A stretch of DNA of 64,000 nucleotides from Polyangiaceae bacterium. GTDB taxonomy: Bacteria > Myxococcota_A > Polyangia > Polyangiales > Polyangiaceae. The first letter of the stretch is position 1. The number at the start of each line of letters is the position of its first letter. The stretch lies in the NCBI GenBank assembly GCA_050287085.1, contig JBNKBE010000006.1, positions 74,381 to 138,380 on the forward strand, in the 5' to 3' direction. Position numbers and translations under genes: made by a program. The notes beneath the pieces are model-generated. The model ran no database searches and was not told where the DNA came from. It was given only the letters and a program-made list of their open reading frames with translations. This document shows positions 57,107 to 64,000 of this stretch, piece by piece.

Positions 57107-58414
57107 ATGGTCGCTGCCACGGAGACACGCACTTTTCGCTCGCTTCGAATCCTCGACCCGAATACCGGGAGAGACGAGGTCGGAAACGCGACCATTGAAG
57201 ACGGCCGGTTGAGGTTTGTCGGTCATTCGACCGAGCCCTTGAGCCGAACCATCGACGCGACGGGCTGGATCGGTGCCCCCGCATTCATCGATCTGCGCGC
57301 GCGCTTCTTCGAACCCGGTCTCGAGTACCGAGAAGGCTTCTCCAGCGGACTCCTTGCCGCCGCGGCGGGGGGCTACGGTTGGGCTGCGGCCATGCCCTGC
57401 AGCGCCCCCGCCACGGACGAGGGAGCGCTGTTCTCGAGTGTCCTGGAGCGAGCTAGAGGCAAGAAGGGCGCTCGAGTGCTCCCGCTCGGAGCATTGACGC
57501 GCAAGCTGAAAGGGAAGGAACTAGCCGACCTGGGGGAATTGGCCGAAGCTGGGGCCGTGGCCGTGACCGACGTGTCCACCAGCCACGCAAGCAGTGAGCT
57601 TCTGCGCAGGGCCTTCGAGTACGCGGCCACCTTCGGCCTAACAGTATTCCAGCATCCGGGAGACATCGCGATGGAAGAAGGCACGATGGCCCACGAGGGT
57701 GTCCTCGCGGAACGCCTAGGCCTGCGCGGGCACAGCCCCGCGACGGAGCTCATCGGCTTGGTGCGGGATCTGGAGCTCGCAGCGCTCACGGGCGTGCACT
57801 ACCACGCCTCCGTGCTCTCCACCGCCGCGGCCGTGGAGGTCATTCGCCGCGCCAAACAAAACGGCCAACGCGTCACCGCTGATGTCGCAGCCCATCAGTT
57901 GCTACTCACCGATGAGGCGCTAGCCAACTACGACCCTCTGATGCGCGTCGATCCGCCGCTGCGTTCCGAGGAGCACCGCCGCGCACTCGTCGCGGGGGTG
58001 ATGGATGGAACCATCGATGCCATCGTGAGCGACCATACGCCGCTTTCACGGAACGAGAAAGACTGCGAATTCGACCAAGCGCTGCCCGGCATCTCGAGCC
58101 TGGAGACCACCCTTCCCGTGCTAGCGGAGTTGGTGCGTCGCGGCGAGCTCACGTGGCAAGTTGCGCTCCAAGCACTGACAACGGGTCCCGCGCGGGTCTT
58201 GGGTCTGGCCGCGCCCGCTTTGCGTGCCGACGAGCCAGCGTCATTGACCGTATTCGCCCCCGATGAGGCTTGGATCCCGAGCCAAGACGGCTGGCGCAGC
58301 AGGCAGCGCAACACACCGTTTTATGAACGCCAGCTGCGTGGCCGCGTCCGCTTCACCTACGTTGAAGGCGAGCTGATTTTCGAACAAGGCGCAAAATCGG
58401 CAATTGCGTGTTGA
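57107..58414 (+). CDS. pyrC: Dihydroorotase-like protein, probably inactive (PyrC'-type)
   Basis: EPG.EYRE, AAAAGGY, DPPLRSE, IDAIVSDHTP, RNTPF; the HxH metal motif reads DLRAR. Confidence 0.85.
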   Translation: MVAATETRTFRSLRILDPNTGRDEVGNATIEDGRLRFVGHSTEPLSRTIDATGWIGAPAFIDLRARFFEPGLEYREGFSSGLLAAAAGGYGWAAAMPCSAPATDEGALFSSVLERARGKKGARVLPLGALTRKLKGKELADLGELAEAGAVAVTDVSTSHASSELLRRAFEYAATFGLTVFQHPGDIAMEEGTMAHEGVLAERLGLRGHSPATELIGLVRDLELAALTGVHYHASVLSTAAAVEVIRRAKQNGQRVTADVAAHQLLLTDEALANYDPLMRVDPPLRSEEHRRALVAGVMDGTIDAIVSDHTPLSRNEKDCEFDQALPGISSLETTLPVLAELVRRGELTWQVALQALTTGPARVLGLAAPALRADEPASLTVFAPDEAWIPSQDGWRSRQRNTPFYERQLRGRVRFTYVEGELIFEQGAKSAIAC

Positions 58415-58448
58415 CAGAGCTCCCGAAAACAGGCGAGTCGCCAACAGC

Positions 58449-59612
58449 ATGGCTGAGCTGCAGAAGATAAAGGCGCGTCTTGCGCTTGCGGATGGCACTG
58501 TTTTCGAGGGCTTCTCGTGGGGGGCCGCGGGGGTCGCCACCGGCGAGGTAGTGTTCACCACGGGCATGACGGGCTATCAGGAAGTTCTGACGGATCCGTC
58601 CTATACAGGTCAGCTCGTCACCATGACGGCTCCCCATATCGGCAATACCGGAATCAACGCCGACGATCCGGAAAGCGTGAGCGCGAAACCTCAAGTGGCC
58701 GGCTTCATCGTCCGTGAACCGAGCCCCGTGGAATCCAATTTTCGGGCCGAAAGCAGCCTAAGAGACTACCTGGTGCAACACGGCGTGGTGGCCATCGGTG
58801 GCATCGATACGCGGCGCTTGACTCGCTTGCTGCGCGATAAGGGCGCGCAGAATGGCGCCCTGGGAACGGAAGACGCCGCGACACTTGTGGACCGCGCACG
58901 GAGCGCCCCCTCGATGGAAGGCCTGGACCTGGTCGAGCGCGTCACCCCCAAGGCCGCCTATCGTTTCACCGAGGGGCGCGCGACTTGGGCGGCGTCTTTC
59001 GACCCCAGCCGCGCCGCAAACGGGCCAAGCTCGTTCGCGCCGGAGCAACGATTCAATGTGGTTGCCCTGGACCTGGGGGCCAAGCGCAACATCCTGCGGT
59101 GTCTGGTGGACGCCGGTTGCGATGTGCAAGCCGTGCCCGCAACAACCAGCGCTCAGGATATTCTCGCGCACCGTCCGGATGGACTGTTCATCTCCAGCGG
59201 CCCGGGTGATCCAGCTGCGGTCCCCTACGTGCAAAAAACAATCGAAGAGTTGCTTGGCAAGCTCCCCATCTTCGGCATCTGCCTCGGCCATCAGCTCTTG
59301 GCTCGGGCTCTCGGGGCCGGCACCTACAAGCTGAAATTTGGCCATCGCGGAATCAATCAACCGGTGCAAGACTTGAGCACGCGCCGAGTCGAGATTACGA
59401 CGCAGAACCACGGCTTCGTGGTGGACGTGAAGTCCGTCGCCGGACGAGCGCAAAGCAGTCACCTGCACCTCAACGACGGGACGAGCGAGGGTCTTGACGC
59501 TCCCGACGCAAACGCCTTCAGCGTGCAATACCACCCCGAGGCTGCAGCGGGTCCCCACGACGCGCTCTACCTCTTCCGACGCTTCACCGAGCGGATGGCC
59601 GCGCAGCGCTAA
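58449..59612 (+). CDS. carA: Carbamoyl-phosphate synthase small subunit
   Basis: GEVVFTTGMTGYQE..DPSY, GPGDP, GICLGHQ, QNHGF, QYHPE. Confidence 0.96.
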   Translation: MAELQKIKARLALADGTVFEGFSWGAAGVATGEVVFTTGMTGYQEVLTDPSYTGQLVTMTAPHIGNTGINADDPESVSAKPQVAGFIVREPSPVESNFRAESSLRDYLVQHGVVAIGGIDTRRLTRLLRDKGAQNGALGTEDAATLVDRARSAPSMEGLDLVERVTPKAAYRFTEGRATWAASFDPSRAANGPSSFAPEQRFNVVALDLGAKRNILRCLVDAGCDVQAVPATTSAQDILAHRPDGLFISSGPGDPAAVPYVQKTIEELLGKLPIFGICLGHQLLARALGAGTYKLKFGHRGINQPVQDLSTRRVEITTQNHGFVVDVKSVAGRAQSSHLHLNDGTSEGLDAPDANAFSVQYHPEAAAGPHDALYLFRRFTERMAAQR

Positions 59613-59632
59613 GACGCGACCTGGTTCAGTCA

Positions 59633-61045
59633 ATGTCACAACGTATTCACTTCGTGAGTCTGGGCTGTCCCAAGAACCGCGTCGACTCCGAGGTGATGCT
59701 CGGGGTGGCCACGGATAACGGCGCAACGCATACCAGCGATCCCAACGACGCGGACGTTATCGTCGTCAACACCTGTGGCTTCATTGACTCCGCGAAAGAA
59801 GAGTCGATCGAAACCATCTTCGAGCTGGCCAAGCTGAAGGAAGCGGGGCGCTGCAAGACGCTCGTCGTGGCGGGCTGTCTGAGCCAACGCTACGGTCGCG
59901 AGATGGCCCAGGAAATGCCCGAAGTCGATCACTTCCTTGGGTCGAGCGACATGCTCAAGCTGGGAGAAATCCTGCGCGGCAGCGCCTCTCGTCACTTGGT
60001 AGGCAGTCCCGCTGAATGGCTTGTGAGCGCCAGCGATCCGCGACGGGTTAGCACCCACAACGGCAGTGCCTACGTCAAGATAGCCGAGGGCTGCAACCGG
60101 AGCTGTTCCTTCTGCGTTATCCCGAATCTGCGAGGCAAGCAGCGTTCACGCACCGTCGACGACGTTGTTGCCGAGGTGCAACAACTCGCCGCCCAAGGCG
60201 TGGTTGAGATCAATCTCGTCTCCCAGGACACGGTTTCCTTCGGACGAGACCGTGGGTCGGCCGAGTTGGAAACGCTGATCGGACGTGTATCGGACGTCCC
60301 AGGCGTAGAATGGGTGCGGGTCTTCTACCTCTATCCTGAAAAACTGACCGACGGCGTTATCGACTTGATCGCGTCTCACCCCAAGGTCGTTCCCTACATC
60401 GATATGCCGTTGCAGCACGCCGCAGACGGGATGCTGCGGCGCATGCGTCGGGGCCACGGCGGCGATCGCCTGCGCGAGCTCGTCACGAGGTTGAAGTCGA
60501 AGATCGACGATGTCGTGTTTCGAACCGCATTCATCGTGGGGCATCCGGGCGAATCGCAAGAAGAGTTCGACGAACTCGTGGAGTTCGTGCGCTGGGCGGA
60601 GTTCGACCGCGTGGGCGTCTTCCACTACTCAGACGAGGCCGAATGTCGCAGCCACGCGTTCGACAACAAGGTGGAACGCGCGGTGGCGGAAGAACGCGCC
60701 GCGTTGCTGATGGAAGTGCAACGCGAGATCAGCATCCGCAAGAATGCGGCCCTCGTTGGGCGCCAAGTGTCGGTGCTGGTAGAGGGCAAAAGCGATGAAA
60801 GCGACTGGGTGATGCGCGGCCGCTGGCGGGGCCAGGCCCCTGACATCGACGGCTGCGTCTATATTTCTGGTGGCCCGGTATACCCGGGACAGCTCGTGCC
60901 GGGCGTCGTCGAATCGAGCACCGACTACGACCTGGTTGTAGACGTCGGAGAGCTGGACGACGCCCCGCCGCCGCACCCCCCATCCATGAGCCCTATCGTC
61001 GGTCGGCACACAGACGGTCGCCTTCTGCTGCGAACTCTGCGCTAG
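59633..61045 (+). CDS. rimO: Ribosomal protein S12 methylthiotransferase
   Basis: SLGCPKNRVDSE, NTCGFI, KIAEGCNRSCSFCVIP, YLYP, APDIDG. Confidence 0.96.
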   Translation: MSQRIHFVSLGCPKNRVDSEVMLGVATDNGATHTSDPNDADVIVVNTCGFIDSAKEESIETIFELAKLKEAGRCKTLVVAGCLSQRYGREMAQEMPEVDHFLGSSDMLKLGEILRGSASRHLVGSPAEWLVSASDPRRVSTHNGSAYVKIAEGCNRSCSFCVIPNLRGKQRSRTVDDVVAEVQQLAAQGVVEINLVSQDTVSFGRDRGSAELETLIGRVSDVPGVEWVRVFYLYPEKLTDGVIDLIASHPKVVPYIDMPLQHAADGMLRRMRRGHGGDRLRELVTRLKSKIDDVVFRTAFIVGHPGESQEEFDELVEFVRWAEFDRVGVFHYSDEAECRSHAFDNKVERAVAEERAALLMEVQREISIRKNAALVGRQVSVLVEGKSDESDWVMRGRWRGQAPDIDGCVYISGGPVYPGQLVPGVVESSTDYDLVVDVGELDDAPPPHPPSMSPIVGRHTDGRLLLRTLR

Positions 61046-61064
61046 ACAGAGAAACACGCGAGTC

Positions 61065-61126
61065 GCGCGCGGCAGAGTGCGCGCGGCAGGGTGCGCGCGG
61101 CAGAGTGCGCGCGGCAGAGTGCGCGC
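61065..61126. repeat. 14-bp tandem repeat x4 + partial between convergent genes
   Basis: GCGCGCGGCAG(A/G)GT. Confidence 0.92.
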
Positions 61127-61167
61127 CTCTGGCAGGATGCAAGAATGCGCGCTGCCAGGGAGCGCCG

Positions 61168-61563
61168 TCAGGGAGCGCCGTCAGGCTCAGGCTCGGAGGC
61201 ATCGCCAGCATCTCGCGCCTGAGACTCTGCGATGACAAACTCCGTCGCAGGGCTGGTATGGCGGGCCGTGACGAACCAGATCAACATCGTATCGCCCGCT
61301 CGGGCCGCCGCGCTGAAACGATAGTCGTAGGCCGTCACGGCTTCCCCAGAGATGACGCCCGTACGAACGTTGAGCGCCAACACGTGCGCCCGCTCCTCCG
61401 GCAACGAGCCCGCAAGCTCCACCCTATCGTTCGACAACACCGTCACCTCGGGCGCGTTGGGAGGTGGCAGCGGAGGCAGCGTCGGAGAGAGGCATCCGAC
61501 GCACAAGCCACTCATCCCGCCGACAAACGTGACAGAAAACCAGCGGCGGGATATGGGGGCCAT
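61168..61563 (-). CDS. Small lipoprotein with a beta-rich domain
   Basis: CVGC lipobox followed by LSPTLPPLPPP; start uncertain. Confidence 0.65.
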   Translation of the reverse strand: MAPISRRWFSVTFVGGMSGLCVGCLSPTLPPLPPPNAPEVTVLSNDRVELAGSLPEERAHVLALNVRTGVISGEAVTAYDYRFSAAARAGDTMLIWFVTARHTSPATEFVIAESQARDAGDASEPEPDGAP

Positions 61564-61647
61564 CAGGAAGCCAAGAGCGAAATTCGTACCAACGACAAGC
61601 CCAGCCACGATGCGTGTGCCAGGGCAGAATTGTCAACCTAGTTGTCG

Positions 61648-64000
<2,353 letters not shown>

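Overview
High-GC chromosomal window, most likely from a myxobacterium (Myxococcota, Polyangiales-like). The inference rests on Hanks-type kinases, a giant TPR protein, an AgmX/PglI-like lipoprotein, a Cys-rich lipoprotein, DUF1592/DUF1552 pairs and a fused CcoNO. I see no integrase, transposase, phage gene, rRNA or CRISPR array. Content: housekeeping genes (S1-like protein, rpsT, acs, proA, pckA, aroA, carA, rimO, a PyrC-like protein, tRNA-Leu(CAG)); a complete cbb3 oxidase/maturation operon followed by a sigma54 response regulator and three universal stress proteins; a WYL regulator; an XPB-like helicase + DUF790 pair; two DUF1592+DUF1552 pairs; many short tandem repeats. Best leads, none shown in the ORF track: (1) a 55-aa Arg-rich ORF (9473-9640) between a sigma70-type promoter with a structured leader and rpsT, a candidate lineage-specific ribosome-associated protein; (2) three sigma54 promoters in the cco/regulator/USP block, each preceded by a pair of GCGCA-N5-TGC boxes exactly 30 bp apart (one pair degenerate), a candidate low-oxygen regulon; (3) a highly base-paired ~180-nt element upstream of the WYL gene. 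All family calls come from motif recognition by eye; no searches were run.
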